This document shows, in pieces, positions 1 to 11,385 of a stretch of DNA of 64,000 nucleotides. Source of the DNA: Centroscyllium fabricii (lineage: Eukaryota); the NCBI GenBank assembly GCA_051313645.2, contig JBNRSN020000012.1, forward strand, positions 115,630,001-115,694,000. Reading direction: 5' to 3'. The position numbers were made by a program, and so were the translations under genes. The first letter of the stretch is position 1, and each line of letters begins with the position of its first letter. The notes beneath the pieces are model-generated. The model saw only the letters and a list, made by a program, of their open reading frames with translations, did no database searches and was not told where the DNA came from.

Positions 1-9
1 TGTTTTTTA

Positions 10-210
10 TGGATGAGTTGTTATGATCTGGAATGCACTGCCTAAAGAATGGTGGAAGCAGATTCAGTAGTAACTTTCAATGGGACTTAGCTATATACTT
101 GAAAAGGAATAATTTGTTGGGCTATGGGGAAAGAGCAGGGGAGTGAGACGAATTGGATAGTTCTTTCAAAGAATTATAAATGGCCTCATTCTGTGTTAGA
201 TGATTCTAGG
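10..210 (+). mobile_element. Degraded CR1-type LINE 3' fragment
   Basis: tggaatgcactgcc...gtggtggaagcag...ggctatggggaaagagcaggggagtg resembles the WN.LP..VV / GYGE.AG.W end of the CR1 copies elsewhere in the window. Confidence 0.6.
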
Positions 211-513
211 AAATTTGTGTTGCGTTGTGACATGTGGATGTGTGAAATGAAAAAGAAGTTTGTATTTTTAACATCTATGAGCTGTTGGGCAATGGAACAG
301 GAAACCATCCTTTTCTAATATGGATAATTTGAGATCTTTGTTTAATATTAACACATCTTATTAATAAGAAAGCATCTTACAGAGATTTCACCTGATTCCC
401 ACCACTTTTTCTGTTGTGTTACATGTTAATGGTTGTGAGCATTAACCATGCTGTCAAACCATGCAGATTTTTCTCCAGATAAAATATTTCTATAAACATT
501 TTATTCACCACAG

Positions 514-627
514 AGATTGTCAGGACTATACTACAACATTCATCGATCCTATCTTAAGATCACAGAGGTTGTACATTTGGAAAAGCGTTTGTTTGGAAGA
601 TACTACCGAGTTGCATTTTATGGACAG
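514..627 (+). CDS. DOCK10: DOCK10 internal exon (DHR2), RLSGLYYNIHRSYLKITEVVHLEKRLFGRYYRVAFYGQ
   Basis: cag/ acceptor at 511-513, /gtaagt donor at 628, 114 nt, phase 0-0; matches recalled DOCK10 KLSDLYYDIHRSYLKVAEVVNSEKRLFGRYYRVAFYGQ. Confidence 0.95.
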
Positions 628-1293
628 GTAAGTGCAATGTGGTAATGTGACATTGAATATAATTCCTCATTCTGGACATTGTTTTTGTTCATTTGTGCGC
701 TTTGCACAGCAGTGAAAACAATGAATGTATTCCACATCAAGCCCAGTCTCAAATGCAATTTTAAACAATTTTTTAAAAATACAATAAATGTTTCTTGCGG
801 TGTTATTTTGCATTGACAGCAGTAATTTTATGATTATCTGCACCCTGCTGTATACAGTCTGCATGAATTGCTTTTATAAATATTTTGATCGTACTTTACG
901 CTTATCTTTTCATTTGGAATTTGAAATACTTAATGAAACACTGTTCCTATGCGCAGATTGTATTTCTTCAGCTATCGACGTTTGATTCTCAAAGACATTT
1001 TGTTTCTGTGCTAAATTCCACTGACCCATGACAACACAGAAGCTATTAATCTCTGACAAACTTCCCAGTCAGTTCTATTTCCATATACAATATTCAAATT
1101 CTTGTATCATTTGATGCAGCTTCAGAATCTAACATCAGATTCTGTATGATCCCATACAATCTATTGCTGCTCATCACAAGTGAGTATTTTGAAGAATCAC
1201 CCTGACATTATGGAGCACAATTTTAATAAATAACTAGAAGCTTCTTTAATATCTGCCTGGACCTGTGTCTTAAAGGTGGTATATGATCTAATA

Positions 1294-1666
1294 CAGGTCC
1301 GGCACCGTTAATCCGGCACCGTTGGGACCAGGCCGGTGCCGGACTAGTGAAAAATCCGAACGACTGAAGTTTCGGCGAGCGCATACGCAGACCATTCAAA
1401 ATGGCCACCACGCATGTGCAAACCATTAAAGATAGCCGCCGCACATGCAAACCATTCAAAATGGCCACCGCGCATGCGCTGACCATTCAAAATGGCCGCC
1501 CCGCATGCGCAGTCATTCAAAATGGCCACTGCACATGCGCAGACCAGTCGGAGAGAGGCCCGCACATCGCGAGCAGCCCTGGGATCACGTGGGCCACCAG
1601 ACGGATTTGTGCCGGACCACTGAGGTTTCCTGATTAACGGTTTCCGGATTAACGGTGCACAACCTG
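1294..1666. mobile_element. Tc1/mariner(pogo/Tigger)-type MITE containing a ~30-bp tandem array
   Basis: TA on both sides (1292-93, 1667-68); TIR CAGGTnnnGCACCGTTAATCCGG (20/23 match); related to the element at 33174-34342. Confidence 0.85.
1379..1545. repeat. ~30-bp minisatellite (cgcatgcgcagaccattcaaaatggccacc), about 5.5 copies
   Basis: Diverged tandem copies visible directly. Confidence 0.9.
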
Positions 1667-3636
1667 TAATAGGTCTGGAGAGTTAGTGTAAACGTAGTAA
1701 CACCTAGGAATAGTCTAGGTAGTGACCATAACAACTGTAGTTTAACCTGGAATGTTGACCAGGCTAAAATGTGATGTGTGCAGCCCACTGCCGAACAAAA
1801 CACACACAATTCACCTTTCAATAGCTGAAAACCTGATACAATTTGGATTGTTGGTTTTTATTACCTTGAGCAGACAACCTTTGCCCATTGTAAAGATAGA
1901 AAACAGTTTTTTAATAAACTGCACTGGGCATCTCTCCTCAGTAAGTTCTCTCTCAGAGCCAAAGAATCATTAGTGTTAAAAGTAAATTCAGAGTTTGTAC
2001 AACACAAACTGTCACAGACCTCACCTGAGTAATTAGTTCTTCCCCAAACACTTCTTATGCTTCACAAAAGTTATGGTTTTAAACTGAATTGAAACTATTT
2101 AGTGTTTGTGTCAATGAAATGGAAAATTTAATTAGAATAAGAACTAATACCCATTTTGTATTGGAATGTTTAGAAATTGAGGAACAAGAGAGAGGTATTT
2201 AGTTCATGTGCTATGATTCAGAGTTATGGACCAATGATTGAGACAGGCTACACCAATCATTCAGTAGGTCTATCATCTCCATCAAATGTGAACATACAAA
2301 AATGATGGGCAGGAATAGACCTGCTGGTCCACCAAACCTTGCAAACTGTTTCTTAAGTTAACTGTTCTGTAATCAGATGTACCCGATTACGGTTACTTCT
2401 CTATATTGAAGACCCACTGTAAGTAGAAATTGTATATTCCGAATATTCAGGTTATGTTCTCTTGTGCCATGTTTAAAAAAATCTAATTTAAACAACATTC
2501 CTGCTTTCACTGATTTGTTTCAAAAGTTTTCAATTATATATTCCCATATCGATCTTAATTCTTGGGAAATCTATTGGCTCTCAGCTTTTCACTGTAATAC
2601 AGTTCTTTCCTAGAATAATCGAGCTGTACTTGAACAACTACAGGCAAAGCAGTCTATGTTGCACAAATCGGATGTGTGAGATTTTCAGTGATAAGTCATA
2701 TACTTGAGGTATCCATTCACAATAAAAACATAAAATGTATTTGTGAAATAGGCCACAGTGGGATGGTTAAGTCACAGTAATTGATTCTTCTTTCCTCTTT
2801 CTTATTCGGTTTTCCATGTTTGTCTTTTTTTCTTCAAAATTTCTATTTCCTTCTTCATAACCGATGGAATTTGCAAAAGATTTTTCCTGCTTTTTCTTGA
2901 GACAGCTATGGAAATAATCGGCCCCATTGTCGCAGCTGAGCCGACAGACGGAATTTAGTCGTAGTAGCAGCTATGGAGATATGACTATCTAGAATGCACA
3001 GTAGTAGTGAAAATTATCCATTGAAATGATCAGGCCTTCAGTGTCACCTATGAATTCCGGGATAGCGACCTCCTGCTTTCTCCCTCTTTCTAATGCCACT
3101 GATTCTTGGTACAGTTCACACATTGATATGTTTGGCGATTGTGGTCTTCAAGTAGGAGATTGTGATTTCCTGTGTGAAATCCCATCTAAAAGTGGCATTC
3201 TTGTCGGGCCCGATTACAGGGGGGAAAGAATTAACTAGATAATGTGAGTTATTCGGAGCTCTAAGGATGCCATCAGAATATTTGGTAACAAGCAGTTCGG
3301 TTCAACCTCTTGCGGACACAAACTCTTCAATATTATAACTGAGTGTTACAGTGTATGTCACTGAGCATTCATAACAGACTGCAACAAGTAGTAAACTAAT
3401 TGCACTTTTCTCCAATACGGTTTCCAAGCTTCTCTTTGCCTAACTATCTAATTCAATCATGTTTAGCTTTTGGAATGTGTAAAGTATAATCACAAATACT
3501 GTCGAACCATAGAAATATCAATGTTTATTTTCACCAGTAAATTGGGTGCAGTATTGCTTACTTGTTTAGTTAACCTTGGCAACAATGTATGTACTTGTTT
3601 TAATGCAGAATTTTTCCTTTTTTCCACTTCTTCAAG

Positions 3637-3642
3637 GCTGTG
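3637..3642 (+). CDS. DOCK10: Candidate 6-nt DOCK10 microexon (GCT GTG = Ala-Val)
   Basis: Long polypyrimidine tract ending ttcttcaag/GCTGTG/gtaagt (consensus donor); phase 0-0, giving FYGQ-AV-AFFEE; upstream TGC at 3604-3606. Confidence 0.8.
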
Positions 3643-4281
3643 GTAAGTTTTTCTCTCTGCTCCTTTCATTTCTGCCACTCCTCTAGCCTTCCCTTAACAC
3701 CACAAATAAATAAACTAACTTTGTGTCAGTAATTTAATTACATTGATGAAAATTATGATCAGCATGCTACCTGAGATATGGAAATACTATGCAGCTCAGA
3801 TTGCAATGTTATTTTTCCTTTTATAAATGTGGATAGAAAAGTGCTAAGTGTTTTCAATAACTACTGTATGCTTTTGTCAGCATTTACACAGACCGTAACA
3901 GATCTAGGATGGGACTGATCTAGGCCATTGGCACCATGTATATTACTACTCAATGTATACTCTGTTTATAACACAGCCCCCACTAAGATCAGGATTACTG
4001 AGGCAGATTGCCATCTCCTGAAGTGTATGCAGTGCATTGCCCAGATACTAAGTTGCAAGCCCAGCACATATCCTGAGTGTCATTTATTGCAATAATTATC
4101 AGTCATTATTTACACTACCCAATGCAAAGTCAGGCAACAGAGGTGGGAATATTTGCACCACACTCGGTCCATAGTAAATAACTGTATAAAAGCAAAATAC
4201 TGCAGATGCTGGGAATCTGAAATAAAAACAGAAAATGCTAGAAATACTTAGCAGGTCAGACAGCATCTGTGGAGAGAGAAA

Positions 4282-4512
4282 CATAGAAACATAGAAACAT
4301 AGAAACTAGGAGCAGGAGTAGGCCATTCGGCCCTTCGAGCCTGCTCCGCCATTCAATGAGATCATGGCTGATCATCCAAACCCAGCACCCCACCCCTTCC
4401 CTCTCCCCAATCCCTATCGAGCCTGCATCGACACATATCCCACCCTATCGCCGTAACCCCACATATTTAATTACCCTAACACTAAGGGTCAATTTATCAT
4501 GGCCAATCAACC
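4282..4512 (-). mobile_element. HE1-like SINE 3' half with CR1-derived tail
   Basis: (catagaaa)n tail; body matches the SINE at 59904-60276. Confidence 0.85.
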
Positions 4513-4565
4513 GAGTTAACATTTCAGGTCAATGTTCTGACAAACGGTCATCAGCCTGAAACGTT

Positions 4566-5400
4566 GGGGGGAATTTTCATGTCCCCGTGAGGCGGGGTTT
4601 TGGGCGGCCCGGCTGGCAAAATAGCGGAACCGGCGGGTCCCGCCACTCCCCGCAGGATCCCCGCCGCTTTCTCATTTTCCCGCCCCCAGATTCCCCGCCC
4701 CAAAACCTTCCCGCCGCCGACTGGCGGGGATGGGTTGTCACCTCGTTATGGGCTCTTAATTGGCATCTTTAATGCCATTTTAAGGGCCCTCAGCCATTTT
4801 GCCGTGTTTTCCGCCCTAACCCCGCCACCTTAAACCCCGCTGGGTGAAACCCAGCAGGAGCACAGCGCTGGTTATAACTTCTGGACTATAACCTGGTGTT
4901 GTGTGAGTTCCTGAATTTATTACTTTCTCCTTTAAGGTTTGAAGGACATGCTGCCAAATGCTTGGCATGCCTCCAGCACCTTAGAGGAGATAGTAACTCC
5001 GTTCTGCCTTCAGTATCAGCTGAGAACAGAAACTGAGCAATCTCAGTTTTCACAATGGCCTCACAGCCGGTGCAAGCTGTGAGGGATTCGGAGCCCGCCC
5101 GCCCACCTGTCAGTCACCAGCACTTGGCCTTTCCCATTGGCTCCACTCCACTATGATGTCACAGTGGAGTGTTGCCATGGGAACTGACAACAACCAGTGC
5201 TGGAACTGTCAATCAAAGTGCTCACAGCTCCGCTGCAGCCCGACTCGATTGACCTAATTACCTCCCACTACCGCCGACGGGGATTTAACAACCTCATTAG
5301 CCTAAAATTGCGTGGGCTTCCCAGCTGGTTGGGCGGGCGGGACCGGAAGCCGCCCAGACCAAACCCCGCCAGGTTCCCGCCTTTCCGTCAAAATTCCCCT
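4566..5400 (+). mobile_element. GC-rich MITE family A, copy 1 (Harbinger-type)
   Basis: GGGGGGAATTTT...AAAATTCCCCT termini, GTT on both flanks; reverse-orientation homologues at 30350, 45359 and 63438. Confidence 0.85.
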
Positions 5401-5689
5401 GTTAACTCTGTTTCTCTCTCCACAGATGCTGCCTGACTTCCTGAGTATTTCTAGCATTTTCTGTAAATAACTCTAGAGTTGTAGCCCTTGTATTTCACAT
5501 AGCCTCTGTATGATGTACTCATACGAGTGAAGAGTAATTCTGTGCTAATGTTTCATTACTGCCATTGAACCATCAAGTAATGTTAAACTCTGGCACATTT
5601 ATAACAATTATTTACTGTGGCTTAAATGAGTTTCTAGAGGAACAGAACTGGTTTACTTGACGACTCCCTGGAGCAAAAAATGAAAGAAA

Positions 5690-5865
5690 AACTTGCATTT
5701 ATATAGTGCCTTGCATGACCTCAGGATGTTCCAATGCTTTATAGCTAATTAAGTACTTTTGAAGTGTAATCTCTGTTGTAATGTAGAAAATGTGGCAGCC
5801 ACTTTGCACCCACAAAGGTCCCACAAACAGCAATGAGATAAAAGATCAGATAATTTGTTTTAGGT
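5690..5865 (-). mobile_element. DeuSINE (SacSINE1/AmnSINE1-like) 3' fragment
   Basis: aacttgcatttatatagtgcc...aagtacttttgaagtgta...cccacaaacagcaatg resembles the recalled AmnSINE1-type tail. Confidence 0.65.
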
Positions 5866-8800
5866 GTGGCATGGAGACCAACCTCAAGAGTTGTTTATTT
5901 CCTGTGCAGTTGGAGGCAAAGAATCACACAGCAATTCATGTATGGATGCTGTGGACTGCCTTCTTGTTCTGGCAAGCCATAAAGCTCTCTTCCTACCCAT
6001 ACAGTTCCAGCAATATTTATTTTATATGTTGCTGACTTGCATGGACCTTCCAATACAGTCCACAGCCAGAAAGTTATGATTCCAACTGACTATTGAATGC
6101 TTTTACCAGTCGATTTGTGTGCATACACTGCTGTTTTCAGTGGTGGAAGTTCTCTCCTTCCCTTCTCACGGTGCAGACAGGGAGGATTTAGAGTTCCAGG
6201 AGTTGAATAAAAAACGGTTCACAACATTATGATCATGGAATCAGAGAATGTTAAGCATAGAAACAATCCATTTGCCCCCTCAATTTTTGCCAATGTTGTT
6301 CACCACACAAGGCAGCTACTCTAATCCCACTCTTCTGTTTGCTCAGCATCTATGATATATTAGAAATCTTACATTTGTGCACACTTCCAGTCTAAAAACC
6401 CTCATTGTTATTGCATTTTTGTCATACTTTTGTGCCATTTTTTCCCATTATGAGGTCTTATGGTCACACTGTAATTACACCCTCCCACCAATGGTGGCAT
6501 TGTAACAGCTAAACTTTGCATCTCCCAGCTCCTTAGCCTTTACTGCAGAGAAACTCTTATTGTCCAACAGCTCCACTTCTTTGCTTCCCAAATTTCTGTA
6601 TGTTTTGCTATTTAACTACAAATAATGTAAAATCAAAATATTGTATGAAAATAAGGGCAGAATGTATGACTTTATAATAGTGACTGAATTTCATGTGTGT
6701 GCCCTGATCCAATTATCCCACACCCTCTAATCCCGCTTCACTCAAAGACTATATGCCACGTTTACATATAGATTGGACTAGCCAGATTAGTAACAACACG
6801 ATGGAGGAAGAATTTCTGGAGTGTACACGAGACGGTTTCCTAGACCAAAATGTCGAGGAACCAACTCGGGATCAGGCCATCTTAGACTGGGTACTGTGCA
6901 ATGAGAAAGGATTAATTAGCAATCTTGTTGTACGAGGCCCATTGGGTCGGAGTGATCATAATATGATCGAATTCTCACTCAAGATGGAGAGCGAAGAAAT
7001 TGACTCAGAGACTAAGGTCCTGAATTTAAGTAAAGGGTACTATGATGGTATGAGACGAGAGTTGGGTACAATTGATTGGGAGGTGTCGCTCAGGGGGCTG
7101 ACGGTGGATCAACAATGGCAGGCATTCAAAGATTGAATGGAAGAAGCGCAGAGCTTGTTTATACCAGTTGGGCATAAAAATAAACCAAAAAAGGTGACTC
7201 AACCGTGGATAACAAGGGAAATTAGGGATAACATAAAATCCAAAGAAAGGGCATATCAACTGGCCAAAAAAAGCACCAAACCTGAGGATTGGGAACAATT
7301 CAGGTTACAGCAAAGGAGGACAAAGGGATTAATTAAGAGGGGGAAAATAGATTACGAAAGAAAGCTTGCGGCAAACATAAAAACTGACTGCAAAACCTTT
7401 TATAGATACATTAAAAGGAAGAGACTGGTGAAATCCCGAGTCGGGCCCTTGCAGTCCGAATCAGGAGAATATATAATGGGGAACAAGGAAATGGCGGACC
7501 AATTAAATTCATATTTTGGTTCTGTCTTCACAAAGGAGGACACAAATAACCTCACAGAGATGTCGGGAAACATAGGGACTAATACAAGGGAGGAACTGAA
7601 AGAAATCAATATTTCTAAGGATATGGTGTCCAGGAAGTTGAAGGGATTAAAGGCCGACAAATCCCCAGGGCCTGATAATCTGCATCCTAGGGTGCTTAAG
7701 GAAGTGGCCCTGGAGATATCAGATGCTTTGAGGATCATTTTCCAGAACTCAATAGACTCTGGAATGGTGCCCATGGATTGGAGGGTGGCTAATATTACCC
7801 CACTATTCAAAAAGGGGGTTAGAGAGAAAGCAGGGAATTATAGACCGGTAAGCCTTACATCGGTTGTGGGCAAAATGCTAGAGTCCATTATTAAGGACGT
7901 AATAGCAGATCACTTGACAAATAGTGATGGGATCGGACAGAGTCAACATGGATTTACAAAATGTAAATCGTGCTTGACTAATCTATTGGAATTCTTTGAG
8001 GATGTAACTGATAAAATAGATAGGGAAGAGCCAGTAGATGTGGTTTATCTGGACTTCCAGAAAGCCTTTGACAAGGTCCCTCATAGGAGATTGGCATGCA
8101 AAATTAAGGCTCATAGGATTGGGGGCAGGGTATTGACGTGGATAGAGAACTGGTTGGCAGATAGAAAACAGAGAGTTGGGATAAATGGGTCGTTTTCGGA
8201 TTGGCGGGCAGTGACTAGTGGGGTACCGCAGGGGTCTGTACTGGGACCCCAGCTGTTCACAATATATATTAATGACCTGGATGAGGGAATTGGATGTAAC
8301 ATCTCCAAATTCGCAGATGACACTAAGCTAGGAGGGGGGGTATGCTCTGAGGAGGATGTCCGGAAGCTCCAGTACGATTTTGACAGATTGGGGGATTGGG
8401 CGAATACATGGCAAATGCACTATAATGTGGATAAATGTGAGGTTATCCACTTTGGTAGCAAAAACAGGAAGGCAGATTATTATTTGAACGGCAATAGATT
8501 GGGAGAGATGGGAAAGTGCAAAGAGATCTGGGTGTTCTTGTGCACCAGTCACTGAAGGTGAGCATGCAGGTGCAGCAGGCGGTTAAAAAGGCAAATGGTT
8601 GTTACCAAATTAACGACCTCGGAGATGAGATATTAAGAGGTGAAACAATCGGCTTTTATTAGCTAAAGGTGGACATGCACCAGCTAGTCGACCGTCCCCA
8701 GGAATGGCCGGGGGAAGGGAGACGGCCGCCTATGTACCTGGTCCTGGGAGGGAGGAGTCACAGGCGGAGCCAGCATGGGCATGTCCAGGTGATCACACAC

Positions 8801-9167
8801 ACAGAACTATTATACAACATGGTTCAAGGGTGGTTACAGTAGGTTACAGTAATATACATATATATACATAAAGAGTGGTTTACCACATTCACCCCTTCTT
8901 TAAAACAAAAGTCCAGCGGGGTGAATGCGACAGTTCTTTTAAATTACAGGTTCAGTCTTTCGGGCGGCCTGGTTGATTGGCGCACCGCTGGTGGTGGTGT
9001 CGGCGGACGAAATGTAGCCGGTTGAGTTGGTCGTAGCGAGATCGGCGGGGGCGTTCGGTTCCTCGTCGGTGCCCTTGTGGTGACGGTTGGCGGCGCGCTC
9101 TCCCCCTCGTCGTCTGACTCTTGGGCGCGTGCACTGTGGAGCCATGCCGGGGGCCATGCCGTGCTGC

Positions 9168-9960
9168 CTACAGGTGCCGGGTGGACATACTGTGGTGCTG
9201 GAGTCTCGTACTGGGCAGCGTACCTTGGTGCCGGTGGCCCGGGGGGGGGGTGGCTGGCAGGTGTGGGGGCGCGGGCTGTTGGGCGGGGCTGGTCTCGGGG
9301 GCACCCGCTGGTGCCAGGTCCTTGATGGACACTGTGTCCTCCCTCCCGTCGGGGTATGCCACGTAGGCATACTGGGGGTTGGCGTGCAGGAGGTGGACCT
9401 GTTCGACCAGGTGGTCCGACTTGTGGCCCCTCACGTGCTTCCAGAGTAGGATTGGTCCTGGGGATGATAGCCATGATGGCAGCGAGGTCCCAGAAGCCGA
9501 CTTCCTAGGGAAGGCAAAAAGTCGCTCGTGAGGGGTGGTGTTAGTGGCCATTCAAAGGAGTGACCAGATGGAGTGGAGCGCTTCGGGGAGGACGTCCTGC
9601 CAGCGGGAGACTGGGAGGCCTTTAGACCGTAGGGCTAACATGATGGCCTTCCAGACCGTGGCGTTCTCCCTCTCCACCTGTCCGTTCCCCCGGGGGTTGT
9701 AGCTGGTAGTCCTGCTAGTAGCAATGCCTTTGGCTAGCAGGAACTGACGCAGCTCGTCACTCATGAAGGAGGCCCCCCAGTTGCTATGAATGTAGCTGGG
9801 ATAGCCGAACAGGGAGAAAATGCTGTGGAGGGCCTTGATGACTGTGGCAGAGGTCATGTCCGGGCAGGGGATGGCGAAGAGGAAACGCGAGTATTCGTCG
9901 ATGACGTTCAGAAAGTACACGTTCCTGTTGGACGAGGGAAGGGGCCCTTTAAAATCGACG
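9168..9960 (-). pseudogene. Gypsy integrase core and C-terminal region (disrupted)
   Basis: SVDFKGP..YFLNVIDEYSRF..IHSNWG (D>N)..PRGNGQVER; frameshift near 9975 and in-frame stop at 9552. Confidence 0.9.
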
Positions 9961-9969
9961 CTGAGTCGC

Positions 9970-11385
9970 TCAAAGGGGGCGGGTGGCCTTGATCAGGTGC
10001 GCCCGGTCTGGCCGAAAGAAGTGCGGCTTGCACTCCGCACAGACCTGGCAGTTCCTGGTCATGGTCTTGACCTCCTCGATGGAGTAGGGGAGGTTGCGGG
10101 ACTTAACAAAATGGACCAACCTGGTGACCCCCGGGTGGCAGAAGTCGTTGTGCAGGGTTTGGAGACGGTCCACTTGTGCGCTGGCACATGTACCGCGTGA
10201 TAGGGCATCTGGGGGCTCATTGAATTTCCCGGGCCGGTACAAGATATCATAATTGAAAGCGGAGAGCTCAATTCTCCACCTCAGTATCTTGTCGTTCTTG
10301 ATTTTACCCCACTCTTTGTTGTTGAACATAAAAGCGACTGAGCGTTGGTCAGTCAGCAGGGTAAATCGTTTGCCGGCCAGGTAGTGCTTCCAGTGTCGCA
10401 CTGCTTCAACAATGGCCTGGGCCTCCTTCTCGACTGAAGAGTGACGGGTCTCGGGGCCCTGGAGGGTACGTGAGAAGAAGGCCACGGGTCTGCCTGCCTG
10501 GTTAAGGGTGGCGGCCAGGGCAAAGTCCGATGCATCGCTCTTGACCTGGAACGGGATGGACTCGTCCACAGCGTGCATCGTTGCCTTCGCAATGTCGTCC
10601 TTAATGCCGCAGAACACCACGCGGGCATCTGCTGACAGGGGGAATGAGGTCGATTTAAGTAGTGGGCGGGCTTTGTCCGCATAGTTGGGGACCCACTGGG
10701 CATAATAGGCGAAGAACCCCAAGCACCTTTTGAGGGCCTTGAGGGAGTGGGGGAGGGGGAGCTCCAGGAGGGGGCGCGTGCAGTCCGGGTCGGGACCGAT
10801 GACCCCATTCTCCACAACACTGCCGAGGATGGCGAGGCGGGTGGTCCTGAACACACATTTTTCCGTGTTATATGTCAGGTTCAGTGTTTTGGCGGTGTGG
10901 AGACATTTCTGGAGGTTGGCGTCATTGTCCTGCTGGTCGTGGCCGCAGATGGTCACATTATCGAGATACGGAAAGGTGGCCCGCAGCCCGTACTGATCGA
11001 CCATTCGGTCCATCTCCCTTTGGAAGACCGAGACACCATTGGTGATGCCAAACGGGACCCCGAGGAAGTGATAGAGGCGGCCGTCGGCCTCGAAGGCCAT
11101 ATAGAGACGGTCCTCTGGGCGGATGGGGAGCTGGTGATACGCGGACTTCAGATCTATAGTTGAGAAGACCCGAAACTGCGCGATCTGATTTACCATGTCC
11201 GCTATCCGGGGAAGGGGGTACGCGTCTAACTGGGTGAACCGGTTAATGGTCTGGCTATAGTCCACTACCATCCGGTTCTTCGCTCCGGTCTTCACCACCA
11301 CTGCCTGCGCTCTCCAAGGGCTGTTACTGGCCTCGATGTCCCCCTCCCTCAGGAGGCGCTTCCCCTCGGACTTGATGAAGTCCAT
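9970..11385 (-). pseudogene. Gypsy reverse transcriptase, RNase H and integrase zinc finger
   Basis: SPWRA, RMVVDY, DLKSAYHQ, PFG, YLDN, SDASDF, EKEAQA, TDQRS, H..CHPG...CQVC. Confidence 0.95.

Larger units (their letters stand above)
4189..5463. mobile_element. Penelope-like inverted pseudo-LTR element (family P1) hosting two nested insertions
   Basis: Inverted arms cagaaaatgctagaaatact...ctgtggagagagaaaca / tgtttctctctccacagatgctg...ttttctg; ~40-nt extension on one side; imperfect 14-bp TSD taaataactgtata/taaataactctaga; degenerate hammerhead ctgacaa...gaaacgtt(aac). Confidence 0.7.

Noticed and set aside
3490-3678. 62-aa minus-strand ORF over the microexon
   Set aside because: Non-ATG start; the Lys/Glu richness mirrors the plus-strand polypyrimidine tract
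7400-7810. Recurrent MNSGV.LATLQSMGT ORFs (also 22909 and 52612)
   Set aside because: Antisense shadows of conserved CR1 RT sequence
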